A stretch of DNA of 63,382 nt, the filler included, from Octopus bimaculoides (Eukaryota), in NCBI RefSeq assembly GCF_001194135.2. It is 7 parts of 7 records of this genome, joined end to end, with 100 filler letters (N's around TTAATTAATTAA, not from the genome) between each part and the next. Parts side by side here need not be neighbours in the genome. Positions count along the whole stretch, not along the records: positions 1 to 18,810 come from NC_069001.1; 6 more parts are not named here. One strand, 5' to 3'. Under the pieces are notes generated by a model. The model had not been told where the DNA came from, searched no databases, and was given only the letters and a program-made list of their open reading frames with translations. This document shows, piece by piece, positions 1 to 12,670 of this stretch. Every line of letters starts with the position of its first letter. Position 1 is the first letter of the stretch. A program made the position numbers and the translations under genes.

Positions 1-312
1 TACTATGGTCTTGGACCAACCAAAGCCTTACGAGTGGATTTGGTAGATAGAAAATGAAAGAAGCCCTTCATGTATGTATGTATGTATGTATGTGTTTCAG
101 TCTATTTGTCTTCCGCCACTGCTTGGCAACCAGTGTTAGTTTGTTTACATCCCCATAACCTAGCAATTTGGCAAAAGAGACCAATAGAATAGGTATCAGA
201 TTTAAATTAAAAAAAAGTACGGATGTCAGCTTGTTTAACTAAAAACCCTTCAAGGTGGTGCTCCAGCCTGGCTGCAGTCTAATGACTGAAACAAGTAAAA
301 GATAAAAGTTAA
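1..312 (+). mobile_element. SINE family A (tRNA-headed octopus-type SINE), cut by the window edge
   Basis: Carries the family body (CCAAAGCCTTGTGAGTGGATTTGGTAG...GGTGCTCCAGCATGG...GACTGAAACAAGTAAAAG), which recurs many times in this window. Confidence 0.8.
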
Positions 313-889
313 AGAGACCCCATGAAATGGTCACTCAACCTACTAGAAATAGCAGCCAAATCTCTCCTAAATAATCACACCATACAGTTTTTCGAAAAGG
401 AAGTAGACATTTAGTGCTGTAACTTTATATTGCAATGCATCTGAATAAAAATATAAAAGATAGGTTGGGCTCTGTAGAGGAAGTATCATCTTGATCATGG
501 TTCTTGGTAATTGGGAATGACATGGAACACAGAAACACAGATGGCATGTCTTGGAGGAAGTAGATCCTACTTGAAAAAAAATTTAATAAAGCTAAAAATA
601 GAAGGCAGGGATTGCCCCAGCTTGTTATTAGTGTCATTGCTGATGTTGCCCTTTAGAAACAGAAAAGGGTTAGAGCAGGTACTGCAAAGCATCTAAGAAT
701 TTTCTTTGAAGCGATGTTTTATTGACAGAGAAAGGATAAAAGGAATAGTTAGTCATGGCGGGATTTCAACTCAGAGAACAATGAATCAGAACGAATATTA
801 CAAGGTATTTCGGCTGACATTCTGCTAATGGTATTTCCCAAGTTGCCAGGTGGCAATGATAAGCTAAGCGATGGGGCAAATAAAGGTAT

Positions 890-1335
890 AAATAATTCTT
901 TCCACTATAAGCACAATGCCTGAAATTAGGGACTAGACAATTACATTGACGCCAGTGATTAACTGGTACTTATTCTATTAACCCCAAAAGGGTGGGAGGC
1001 AAAGTAAAACCATGGTGGAATTTGAACTCGGAACATAAAAACAGATGGGACGCAGCTAAGCATTTTGTCCAGCATGCTAACAGTTCTGCCAGCTCATCGG
1101 CTTTAAATTAAATAAAACTATAAAAAAGAGTTTCGAATTTTGGCACAAGGCCAGCAATTTCAGGGAAGGGATAAGTCAATTGCATTAACCTCAGAGTTCA
1201 ACTGGTATTTATTTTATTGACCCCTCCCCACCCGCAAGGATGAAAGGCAAAGTCAACCTCAGTGGAATTTGAACTCAGAAGATAAAGACAGATGAAAAGC
1301 CACTAAGCATTCTGCATGGCATGCTAACAATTCTT
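890..1335 (-). mobile_element. Two SINE family B copies. Others at about 6600-6890, 6930-7085, 12850-13050, 13075-13260, 13617-13722 and 42770-42930
   Basis: Shared motif GGATGAAAGGCAAAGTCAACCTC...GGAATTTGAACTC on +, which is the reverse complement of the family B core. Confidence 0.7.
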
Positions 1336-1359
1336 TGTCTTTGATAAAGACTATACATA

Positions 1360-1645
1360 AAAGCACCTGCACCTGTGGCTCTTGTGTAGGTGGCACATAA
1401 AATACACCATTTCGAGCGTGACCGTTACCGGTACCGCCTGACTGGCCTTCGTGTCGGTGGTATGTAAAAGCACCCACTACACTCTCGGGGTGGTTGGCGT
1501 TAGGAAGGTCATCCAGCTGTAGAAACTCTGCCAGATCAGATTGGAGCCTGGTGTAGCCATCTGGTTTCACCAGTCCTCAGTCACATCGTCCAACCCATGC
1601 TAGCATGGAAAGCGGACGTTAAACGATGATGATGATGATGATGAT
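1360..1645 (+). mobile_element. SINE family C (RTE-like 3' tail ending in (GAT)n). Other copies at about 13290-13580, 22815-23066 and 51820-52250
   Basis: GGCACGTAAAAGCACCCACTACACTCTCGGAGTGGTTGGCGTTAGGAAGGGCATCCAGCTGTAGAAAC...CATGCTAGCATGGAAAGCGGACGTTAAACGATGATG recurs at each of these positions. Confidence 0.75.
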
Positions 1646-1696
1646 AAAAGCGTGTATATATTGGGCTAAAAACCTTTTGGATAAGAAAAGTCAAAA

Positions 1697-1762
1697 GCTG
1701 CCTGTGGGATTCGAACCCACGTCTCCAGTAAATATGATGTCCTACCACTGTACCAAAGCAGT
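1697..1762 (-). pseudogene. tRNA-like sequence (pseudo-tRNA or tRNA-derived repeat head)
   Basis: Minus strand has an A box TGGTACAGTGG, a T-arm GTGGG-TTCGAAT-CCCAC, an acceptor stem ACTGCTT/AGGCAGC (6 of 7 pairs) and a following TTTT. The anticodon and variable region is too short for a canonical tRNA. Confidence 0.5.
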
Positions 1763-2391
1763 CCGTTGAATTTCAATATTTACTTTAGAAACACTATTCT
1801 TACCAGCAAGAGTTTTCTGTTGGGGCTGACCTGGAGCTGAACAACAACCACAAAAACAACAACAATAATCAAGATAACGAATAAACATGAGAAGGGCAAC
1901 AAGTCACCCCGCCCACCCAGAAGGCCTACCCCCGTATCTGTTGCTATCACGTACCCCAAGAATTACTTGCAAGTTCTGCAAAGAAACTATCAAGCAACTT
2001 AAATAATTCAAGTCAGCTTCCAGTTAAAAGAGAACACAAACACNNNNNNNNNNNNNNNNNNNNNNNNNNNNNNNNNNNNNNNNNNNNNNNNNNNNNNNNN
2101 NNNNNNNNNNNNNNNNNNNNNNNNNNNNNNNNNNNNNNNNNNNNNNNNNNNNNNNNNNNNNNNNNNNNNNNNNNNNNNNNNNNNNNNNNNNNNNNNNNNN
2201 NNNNNNNNNNNNNNNNNNNNNNNNNNNNNNNNNNNNNNNNNNNNNNNNNNNNNNNNNNNNNNNGTAACCCTAACCCTCCCCGGCATGCTACATTAGATGT
2301 AACCACTGTTACAACACGTTATGAAGATATATACACAACCTTTACTGAACAACAATCTTCAATCCTCTCTTTCTCTCTATCTCTCAATTGC

Positions 2392-2428
<37 letters not shown>

Positions 2429-3169
2429 GAGTTAAGTAACCTAAAACATGTAGTAGCAGATCAGATCTGCTGATTACACACACACACACACATACAAAAA
2501 GAAAACAACATTCACAAAGACACACCCACATTTTCACAAACAACAAAAAAGCACATACCGCGTGTTCTCATATAGCCACATGCACACACATAAACGCACA
2601 CATTTTCACAGACACACCCACATTTGAACACATTTTCACATACACACATACACGCACGCACGCATCCGCAAAGAGAAAACTGCTCGCATACACATACACG
2701 TACATTTACACATGCGTATACACACACACATTCACACAAACAATAACATTCAGACAGACGCACACACACACACATTTATATATGTTCTGATATAACATAC
2801 ATTCACACACAAAGAAAACAAATAACACTCATATACACATACATTCATAAATGTGTTCACATAGTCACGTATGCATCCATCCATACATGTACACACACAA
2901 ACGCACAGAGGCATGGCATAACTACATTCACACAAACACACCCAATTTTACACACATGCACAAAGGACAATAATCAGACAGACTTACCTCACCAAAAGCA
3001 CATTCATATGGTCCCACACACATTATATACACACATACACACACTCATACGGAAAAAAAAACACACATATGGTAAACAGATACAGAAACATTGCGATATT
3101 TTAAATATCATACAGAAGAGCATAATCTACATCATTAACAAAGTAAACTTAAATACAGCTTTATAAAAA

Positions 3170-3278
3170 TAAACACCCAGCCAGTAGGGTGTTTAAATGA
3201 GCAGCGTATACATACATACATACATATATATGGCAATAAGAAAATTGAGGGGAATATGTGGTACTCATCAACTTGCAG

Positions 3279-3332
<54 letters not shown>

Positions 3333-3848
3333 TAGGTGTGTGTACATGCGTGCGTGTATGTGTGTGAGTGAAATAGATAGTGAGTGAAGCGACAGTGTGC
3401 ATGTATAAAAATAAACACCCATGCAGAGGTGTTTAAACGACAGTGTACAATAACGTGAAACAGATAGCTGTATGTATGTATAAACGAAAGCATGTATGTA
3501 TATTTGCTTCTATATAAGACACCCATAGAAGTGCGGTTTAATTGACGATGTGTGCCAGTGTGTTCGTGTGTGTGAAATAGTAGGGCAAATTAGATGACAG
3601 TATATACATGCAAGCATATAAACAGAATGCGTATAATATGTGAAATAGAGAGGAAGCAGTGAATTTAGACAATAGATACATGTGCAGAAGATAATGCTGT
3701 GAGTAGGGTATATGAAATAGATAATAGCATGTTTAAATTTAAATTAAAACCATTTGTTTATAATGCTGTGTGTAGAATATATGAAAATACACAGCAGTGT
3801 GTTTAAACAAGTGTATATGGACTTTGATAAAGTGTGTAGATTTTGTGA

Positions 3849-3900
<52 letters not shown>

Positions 3901-4850
3901 GGGAAGTGTTTAAATGACTGTGTATGTGTGTTGCTATATATATATATAGTAATCCATTTAGATGACAGTATATATACGTGGATGTTGGTAGAGTGTGTAT
4001 AATATATAAATATATAGACAGTAATACATAAACGTGTAAATAGTATAAATGGTAAAGTGCTTAAATTAGCGTATATATAATGTGTTGGTAAGTGTAGAAT
4101 GTAAGAAATACACAAAGAGCAGCGCGTTTAGATGACAGTGTGTATATTTGTTGATAGTGTGTTGAATGTATATACATAAATTTGTAAATACATAAATAAC
4201 AGGGTGGTATATATATGTAAATGTATAAATGACAGTGAATATATATATTGTTGATAAAGTGTGTAGAATGTGTGAAATTTGAGTGTGAAGCAGTAGTGTG
4301 AATAGTAGCAGCATATTGCAAGAATGGAATGTACAGGTGTGAGTGTGTGTGAGAGAGAGAGAAAGAGAGTGTGTCTGTGTGTGTGAGAGAGAAAGAGAGG
4401 GTGTGTGTGTGAGAGAGAGAGAAAGAGAGGGTGTGTGTGTGTGTGTGTGAGAGAGAGAAAGAGAGGGTGTGTGTGTGTCAGAGTGTGAGATGAGAGAGAA
4501 AGAAAGAGTGTGTGTATATGAGAGAAAACGTGAGTGAGAAAGATAGTGTGTATATGTGTGTACACGTGCACATACCAGAGTGTGTTTGTACAAGTCTGTG
4601 TGTGTGTGAGAGAGAGAGAGTGTGTGTGTGTGTGAGAGAGAGAAAGAGAGAGTGTGTGTGTGTGTGAGAGAGAGAGACAGTGTGAGATGAGAGAGAGACA
4701 GTGTGAGATGAGAGAGAGAGTGTGTGTGTGTATGAGAGAAAAGATAGTGTGTATGTGTGTACACGTGCACATACCAGAGTGTGTCTGTACATGTCTGTGT
4801 GTACGAGAGAAAGAGAGAGAGAGAGTGTGTGTGCGTGCGTGTGTGTGTGT
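3170..4850. repeat. Degenerate minisatellite (about 3170-4330) followed by a compound (GA)n/(GT)n array with higher-order duplication
   Basis: Recurrent GTGTTTAAA...GATGACAGT...TGTAGAAT motifs. The block TGTGTACACGTGCACATACCAGAGTGTG occurs at both about 4557 and about 4756. Confidence 0.7.
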
Positions 4851-5900
4851 GAATCCAGATTCTATAAAGGGATGCACTAAAAGGAATGTCACAGAGAAGG
4901 GGATATAATTCCATTATCTTGATTGACTGAACAGTGGTAGTGGTGGTGGTGGAAAAGGGGAGAAGAAAAAGTGGTGCCACCGAAGTAGGAGTAATGTTAC
5001 TCCCTGTGGCTGTTCTTGTTTAGCCCCGGCCACCGGTTGAGGAGACTATGATCAAAAGTGTTCCAACCTTGACCATCCCATCTATATCCACACACACACA
5101 CACAACCACACTACCCTTTGTTTTGGTGGGAGAGGTGGATTGACCTGTTATTTCTAACAGGTCAAGCAACTGAGTGGAGGATTCCTTGCTGGCTTGTAGN
5201 NNNNNNNNNNNNNNNNNNNNNNNNNNNNNNNNNNNNNNNNNNNNNNNNNNNNNNNNNNNNNNNNNNNNNNNNNNNNNNNNNNNNNNNNNNNNNNNNNNNN
5301 NNNNNNNNNNNNNNNNNNNNNNNNNNNNNNNNNNNNNNNNNNNNNNNNNNNNNNNNNNNNNNNNNNNNNNNNNNNNNNNNNNNNNNNNNNNNNNNNNNNN
5401 NNNNNNNNNNNNNNNNNNNNNNNNNNNNNNNNNNNNNNNNNNNNNNNNNNNNNNNNNNNNNNNNNNNNNNNNNNNNNNNNNNNNNNNNNNNNNNNNNNNN
5501 NNNNNNNNNNNNNNNNNNNNNNNNNNNNNNNNNNNNNNNNNNNNNNNNNNNNNNNNNNNNNNNNNNNNNNNNNNNNNNNNNNNNNNNNNNNNNNNNNNNN
5601 NNNNNNNNNNNNNNNNNNNNNNNNNNNNNNNNNNNNNNNNNNNNNNNNNNNNNNNNNNNNNNNNNNNNNNNNNNNNNNNNNNNNNNNNNNNNNNNNNNNN
5701 NNNNNNNNNNNNNNNNNNNNNNNNNNNNNNNNNNNNNNNNNNNNNNNNNNNNNNNNNNNNNNNNNNNNNNNNNNNNNNNNNNNNNNNNNNNNNNNNNNNN
5801 NNNNNNNNNNNNNNNNNNNNNNNNNNNNNNNNNNNNNNNNNNNNNNNNNNNNNNNNNNNNNNNNNNNNNNNNNNNNNCTGTTCGACTGTCTGTCTATCTA

Positions 5901-5936
<36 letters not shown>

Positions 5937-5965
5937 ATTTAAAAGCAGTAGAAATATAACAAAAG

Positions 5966-6003
5966 CTGTTACTCAGAGTTTCACGTTCCCGTTCATCGGA
6001 CAG
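5966..6003 (-). ncRNA. Mirror-image type I hammerhead ribozyme-like motif
   Basis: Minus strand reads CTGT-CCGATGA-ACG(GGAA)CGT-GAAA-CTC(T)GAG-T-A-ACAG. Within the core, the differences from the + copy fall in the loops of stems II and III. Confidence 0.6.
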
Positions 6004-6026
6004 TCTTGTTAGAAATTTCTAACAAA

Positions 6027-6066
6027 ACTGTCCGATGAACGGAAACGTGAAACTCCGAGTAACAGT
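6027..6066 (+). ncRNA. Type I hammerhead ribozyme-like motif (U4C core variant)
   Basis: ACTGT-CCGATGA-ACG(GAAA)CGT-GAAA-CTC(C)GAG-T-A-ACAGT. This gives a 5-bp stem I, a 3-bp stem II with a GNRA loop, a quasi-palindromic stem III and a GUA cleavage triplet ending at 6061. Confidence 0.6.
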
Positions 6067-8189
6067 CTTTTGTTATATTTCTGCTGCTTTTAAATAAAGC
6101 ATATTACTCTACCTCTGGTATTTGAGTACTCTTTTTTCCACCTTGTTGCACATTTTATGTACTTACTCCGGTATGTATATATATATATATATATTCCCTG
6201 AAAACTAAAGGGATTTACCATCCACCACCACCAACACCCCCCTGCAAACACATCTAACAAGGTTACAGCAGCAATGCAATAATCCAGTAAACAACAACTT
6301 AACTGCAACAAAACCCCTAGCTATGAGATTAAGCTGATGGATTAATTTGATCAGCAGAAGACGACCAACTGAATAAACAAACACAAGGGGCCCTCATTGT
6401 CTTAAAGATGAATAAACTAACAAACTGTGACCATCAATTGGAATCAAAGGGGACTTGATAACATAGACCCCCTCTTTTGCTAGTTATTTTAGGTGTCCAT
6501 GTAGTCATAAGTGGACAGAAAAACTGTCTTGGCCCTCCAGCCCTTGAACCTCTGGAACATCCTAAATGAGTCTCCCTTTTTCTCCCAGCTGGAGGGAGGA
6601 CATTGTACCAGCACTCAGCTGGTATTTTCTTTATTCGATCTTGAAAGAATGGAAGGCAGAGTCAATCTTGGTTTGATTTGAACTCAAACCTCAATGAGTT
6701 AAAATATTGGTTTCAAATTTTGGCACAAAGCCAGCAAGTTCTCAAGGGTGAGGATGGGTTAATGTAAATCAATTACATTTGACCCCAGTACTCAACTGCT
6801 ACTTATTTTGTCAACCCCCCAGAAAGATGAAAGGTAAAGTCGACCTTGGTGGAATCTGAACTCGGGACACAAAGATGGATGAAATGCCACCAACTATTTT
6901 GCCCACCAGTTTTCCACCTCAGTTGAACCAAATAGTCATTTCTACTATAGGCACAAGGCCAGAAATTTCGTGGGGAGGGAGTAAGTCAATTACATCAACC
7001 CCAGTCCGCAACTGGTACATATTTTATCAACCCCCGAAAGGATGAAGCCAAAGTCAACCTCAGCAGGATTTGAACTCAGGACATACGAACATGTGTAAAG
7101 ACAAAAGAAATGCTGCAATGCATTGTGTTTGAAACAAATATTGTAATGCATTTAATCCAATATTCTAATGACTCCATTAATTGACCAAGATTGAAGAATA
7201 TGGTTGGTTCTATTAGATAGCTATTTGGCAACAGATGAAATTATATAACATAGATGATAGATTTCAGGAGAATCTACAAAAATCATGAGCTGACAAGAGA
7301 CCCATGAAAGTAGTTCTCAGTCCCCTTTTACCTATAGATCCCTCTGATTTCAATTTTACTCTACGGGTCCCTCCTAGTCATTCATTATTTAAAAAGAAAA
7401 ATCTTATGCTTTTATAATTAAATATTATTGGGAATAACATAAAAAAATTGTTGCAATAATTTGTGTATTGTAAAAGTATAACCAATTTATTGCAGATAAA
7501 TTTTAGCATGGAACCCAGTTAAGAACCATTGTTCTAGATGGTTTCTCAATCTCTATGAAAAGGAAGGAACACATGTATATGTATGAATACATGTGTGTGT
7601 GTGTCCCCATCTCATGCCAGCATGGGAACTTGGACATTAAACAATGATGATGATGTGTATGTATATGCCATATATGTACACTCACATACATACACACAGA
7701 TTATATGTGAATATTTGAATGTGTTTGTGTATATATGTGTGTGTGAGAGACTTTAGATATATATATAAAAAAATAAACTGATGCAGATGGCTGCAAAATG
7801 CCTCAGTATGATGTCATTGTCTGGATTGTCTGGTGCAAACATACTTACAACAACAAGAACAAACGGCACAACCTTGTTGCTTATATTTTACAATGTGGAG
7901 TGGGTCCATTCCATCATACATCTAGCATTACAGAAGATGGCCATGGCCCAGGATTCTTATTCAGAGCTACTGCCCCCAATAGCCTAGGTACTCTAATGAA
8001 ACTTGTGGAGCTGAATCGGGTTTGTGTCCCATTTTGGGCAGGGTTTCTGGGACTGTATGACTTTCTAATCACTAACATATCAATCTCTCTCCCTCTCTCT
8101 CTCACACACACACACATATACACACCCAGATATACACGTATATATAAATACATAGACATGTACAAATATAAACACACATATGCATATAA

Positions 8190-8250
<61 letters not shown>

Positions 8251-8438
8251 CACATACATACGCACAAATGTATAAACACAAACGCATGTTCATATGTGTG
8301 TGCATGTGTGTGTGTGACAGAGAGAGTGGGTGTGTGTGTATACTCATACATATATTACATACACATTGATACACACACATATATATAAGCACATACATAT
8401 ATATACATATATTATAGACATACACAAAATACACAATT

Positions 8439-8474
<36 letters not shown>

Positions 8475-9102
8475 AGCTTCCATCATGAATAAAAGAGGAC
8501 TTGTTACATGTCAATGCTAATTGTTATCAGCATTCTCCACCATCATCATTACCATTATCATCATCAGCATCATTACCATTATCATCATCATCATCAGCAC
8601 CATCACAGACACCCATCATCACCACCATGACCACCACCACCACCTGCCATGCTCACACACTGATGATGGAACAAGATAACCAGCTGAACACCAGCCAACA
8701 GACACAAAACTAGCTGTAGAGGTGGAACGGGGTGAGAGGCTGGGCAGCGGGTTCTTTTTTGTTTCGTTTTTACGGGTGCAGGGTGGTGGGGGAGAGGAGT
8801 AGTTGGGATTTTCTGTTTTATTTATCATTCCCCTCCCCCCTCCCACTGCAGATGGAATGCAGGTTTCTCTTGTTTTATCATATATATTTTTTTTTGGGGG
8901 GGGGGGCGAGATTAGTATGTGCATGTGTGTGCATATGGGTCCTTAACCTTTTGTCTGTTCAAAGCATTTTCATAAGTTCATCCTAAATGTCCTCACTTGT
9001 GTTCAAACTTCCCTCATACATTCTGAGCAATATAAAGCTTTCCTTTCATAAGTCCGAAGTTACTCTGGTAGTTGAAAAAAAAAAACAAAAAAAAAAATGA
9101 GT

Positions 9103-9515
9103 ATACTCTTCTACTCTCTTTTACTTGTTTCAGTCATTTGACTGCGGCCATGCTGGAGCACCGCCTTTAGTCAAGCAAATCGACCCCAGGACTTATTCTT
9201 TGGAAGCCTAGTACCTATTCTATCGATCTCTTTTGCCGAACCGCTAAGTGACGGGGACGTAAGCCCGCCAGCATCGGTTGTCAAGCGATGTTGGGGGGGG
9301 GGGACAAACACAGACACACAAACATACACACACACATACATATACATATATACGACGGGCTTCTTTCAGTTTCTGTCTACCAAATCCACTCACAAGGCTT
9401 TGGTCGGCCCGAGGCTATAGTAGAAGATACTTGCCCAAGGTGCCACGCAGTGGGACTGAACTCAGAACCATGTGGTTGGTGAACAAGCTACTTACCACAC
9501 AGCCACTCCTGCGCC
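9103..9515 (-). mobile_element. SINE family A, near full length
   Basis: Minus strand begins GGCGCAGGAGTGGCTGTGTGGTAAG (Pol III A box) and includes GTTCAGTCCC (B box), an internal microsatellite and an AAAAGAG tail. Confidence 0.85.
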
Positions 9516-9670
9516 TGGGCATTTTGCTTAAAAACAAATTTTTTTAGATAAAAAAAAAGGAAAAGGGAAAAAAAACCTTGAATTTTGAAACCACCACCAC
9601 TGGTATCCCATCCTGGAACTCTAAAGTTTTGTTCCACATTGCCAAATTTATTTTGCAGGCTCTGCATGCA

Positions 9671-9703
<33 letters not shown>

Positions 9704-9764
9704 TTACACATGTACGTGTATATGCACACACACACACACAAACGCTCACACTTATCTTTTGCTT

Positions 9765-10133
9765 TTAAGCTTTCACTTGTTTCAGTCAATAGATTGTGGC
9801 CATGCTGGGGCACCACATTGAATTTTAGTCAGACAAATCAACTTCAGTATTTTTCTCTAAGCCTGCTGAGTATTCAATCAGTCTCTATCAAACATTAAGT
9901 TACGGGAAGGTAAATAAACCAACATCAGTTGTCAAGTAGTGATAGGAGACAAACATACACACACACACACACACGGGCTTCTTTCAGTTTCCGTCTACCA
10001 AATCCACTCACAAGGCTTTGGTTGGCCCTAGGCTATAATAGAAGACACTTGCCCAAGGTGCCACGCAATGGGACTGAACCGTGAACCACATGGTTGAGAA
10101 GTAAGCTTTTTACCACAGCGTCATGCCTGCGCC
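9765..10133 (-). mobile_element. SINE family A
   Basis: Colinear with 9103-9515 and more diverged. Confidence 0.8.
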
Positions 10134-10229
10134 TATATACATTAAAAATCAGACACACATACACACACACACACACATTTTGTGTGCTTCATGGGTTATC
10201 TGTAAAAACTGCATTGGTAGTCACCTGAC

Positions 10230-10770
10230 TGTGTAACAGCACCACCAATACCACCACCACCAATACCACCACCACCATAGATCCATCTACTGATCCCACC
10301 ACCACTACGGCTTCCAGGCCACCATCACAGTTCCATCTACCTGCTCCAACACTACCACCACCACCAACATCAAAGTTCTGTTAATCCCAGTACTATCATC
10401 ACAGTTCCAGCTACCAAATCCAACACCTCTACCACCACCACCACAGTTAAACCACCACCACTACCACCATTACTGTTCTATTACTCTATCTTGGCACCAC
10501 CCTCAGTGCCATCTGCCAATCATAGCACACCCACCACCACCACCACCATACCTTTGCCATCAACTAGTTCAGCCCCTACAAGACTATCACCACCAATACC
10601 AATATCTCTTTAGTACAACCAACACTGCTGCTACTGCCACAAGTAGCAATACTACTAATACTACTATCACCACTACTACTACTATTACTACAGTATTAAA
10701 TGTACTACAACACCAACACAATCGATACAGCTATGACACCACAGCCTTACCACCAGCACTGCTACCGATT
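10230..10770. repeat. Degenerate (ACC/ACT)n trinucleotide low-complexity tract
   Basis: Directly visible CACCAC/TACTAC periodicity. Confidence 0.75.
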
Positions 10771-11744
10771 CCACCACATGAAAAGGAAGGAAAGGAAGGA
10801 AGGAAAGAATGAAAGAAAGAATGAACAAACGAATGAAAGAATNNNNNNNNNNNNNNNNNNNNNNNNNNNNNNNNNNNNNNNNNNNNNNNNNNNNNNNNNN
10901 NNNNNNNNNNNNNNNNNNNNNNNNNNNNNNNNNNNNNNNNNNNNNNNNNNNNNNNNNNNNNNNNNNNNNNNNNNNNNNNNNNNNNNNNNNNNNNNNNNNN
11001 NNNNNNNNNNNNNNNNNNNNNNNNNNNNNNNNNNNNNNNNNNNNNNNNNNNNNNNNNNNNNNNNNNNNNNNNNNNNNNNNNNNNNNNNNNNNNNNNNNNN
11101 NNNNNNNNNNNNNNNNNNNNNNNNNNNNNNNNNNNNNNNNNNNNNNNNNNNNNNNNNNNNNNNNNNNNNNNNNNNNNNNNNNNNNNNNNNNNNNNNNNNN
11201 NNNNNNNNNNNNNNNNNNNNNNNNNNNNNNNNNNNNNNNNNNNNNNNNNNNNNNNNNNNNNNNNNNNNNNNNNNNNNNNNNNNNNNNNNNNNNNNNNNNN
11301 NNNNNNNNNNNNNNNNNNNNNNNNNNNNNNNNNNNNNNNNNNNNNNNNNNNNNNNNNNNNNNNNNNNNNNNNNNNNNNNNNNNNNNNNNNNNNNNNNNNN
11401 NNNNNNNNNNNNNNNNNNNNNNNNNNNNNNNNNNNNNNNNNNNNNNNNNNNNNNNNNNNNNNNNNNNNNNNNNNNNNNNNNNNNNNNNNNNNNNNNNNNN
11501 NNNNNNNNNNNNNNNNNNNNNNNNNNNNNNNNNNNNNNNNNNNNNNNNNNNNNNNNNNNNNNNNNNNNNNNNNNNNNNNNNNNNNNNNNNNNNNNNNNNN
11601 NNNNNATTATAAACGAAAATAAGAAAGAACCTACTTCAAGTAATCGCCCATCCACCCACTCACTCTCCAGTCTCTCCCTCGCCCAGGGACCAAATTCCCT
11701 CAAAATACAAAAAATAAATAAATAAATAAATAATTGAAATCTGA

Positions 11745-12236
11745 AACCACATAGCTGTGTACTTTAGAAGTTTGCTTCCCCCGACAGTATAGGTTCAGTC
11801 CCTCTATGTGGTGCCTTGAGGTTCAGTCCCTCTATGTGGTGCCTTGAGTAAGTGTCTTCAACTATAGAACCAAGCTGACCAAAGCCTTGTGAGAAGATTC
11901 AGTAGGATGGAAACTGAATGAAGCCTGTCACATATATATGTATATGTATACATTAGGCACTGACGAGGCTGTGTGGTAAGAAGCTTGTTCCCCAACTACA
12001 TTCTTCCAGGTTCAGCCCTCCTGATTGGCATCTTGAGTGTCTTCTACAATAGCCTCAGGCCAACCAAAGTCTTGTGGGTGAATTTGGTAGATAGAAACTG
12101 AATGAAGCCTGTCACATATATATCTATATACATAACAACAACAACGATTGCTCCTTCCAGGACAGCCACATTATGTTGGCAAATAGTCTTTACTTTAAAG
12201 AACTGATTATCTTTCTTTGAGAGATTTAAAAATAAT

Positions 12237-12267
<31 letters not shown>

Positions 12268-12670
12268 TAGGCATAGATGTGGCTGTGTGGTAAGAAGTTT
12301 GCTCTTCAACCACATGGTTTCAGGTTCAGTCCCCCTGTGTGGCAACTGAGGTAAGTATCTTCTACTATAGCGTCAAGCCAACCCAAATCTTGCAAGTGGA
12401 TTTAGTAAACATTAACTGAAAGAAGCCTGTTGTGTGTGTGTGTGTGTGTGTGTGTGCATGCTTGTGTTTATCTCATACTACCAATTCACAACCGGTGTTG
12501 GTGAGGTTATGTTCCTGTAACTTAGAGGTTCAGCAAAAGAGAATGATAAAATAAGTACTGGGCTTTAAAAAATAAGTACTGAGGTCGATTCAGTCACCTA
12601 AAGTTCTTCAAGGTAGTGCCCCAGCATGGCCACAGACCAATGACCAAAACAAGTGAAAGATGAAAGACAA
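11745..12670 (+). mobile_element. Cluster of three SINE family A copies (two partial, plus one near-complete at about 12268-12670)
   Basis: Repeated GGCTGTGTGGTAAGAAG...GGTTCAGTCCC heads. The first copy has a short internal tandem duplication at about 11790-11850. Confidence 0.75.

Larger units (their letters stand above)
5938..6094. repeat. Loopless ~157-bp palindrome (inverted duplication of a Penelope-like pLTR/MITE-like unit)
   Basis: Arms 5938-6015 and 6016-6094 are reverse complements about the centre GTTAGAAA|TTTCTAAC, with a few mismatches and a 1-nt indel. Confidence 0.9.

Noticed and set aside
2264-2276. TAACCCTAACCC telomere-like repeat beside a gap
   Set aside because: Only two units are visible, which is too short to call.
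11790-11850. Short direct repeats that could suggest a CRISPR-like array
   Set aside because: This is a two-unit tandem duplication without spacers inside a SINE in eukaryotic DNA.
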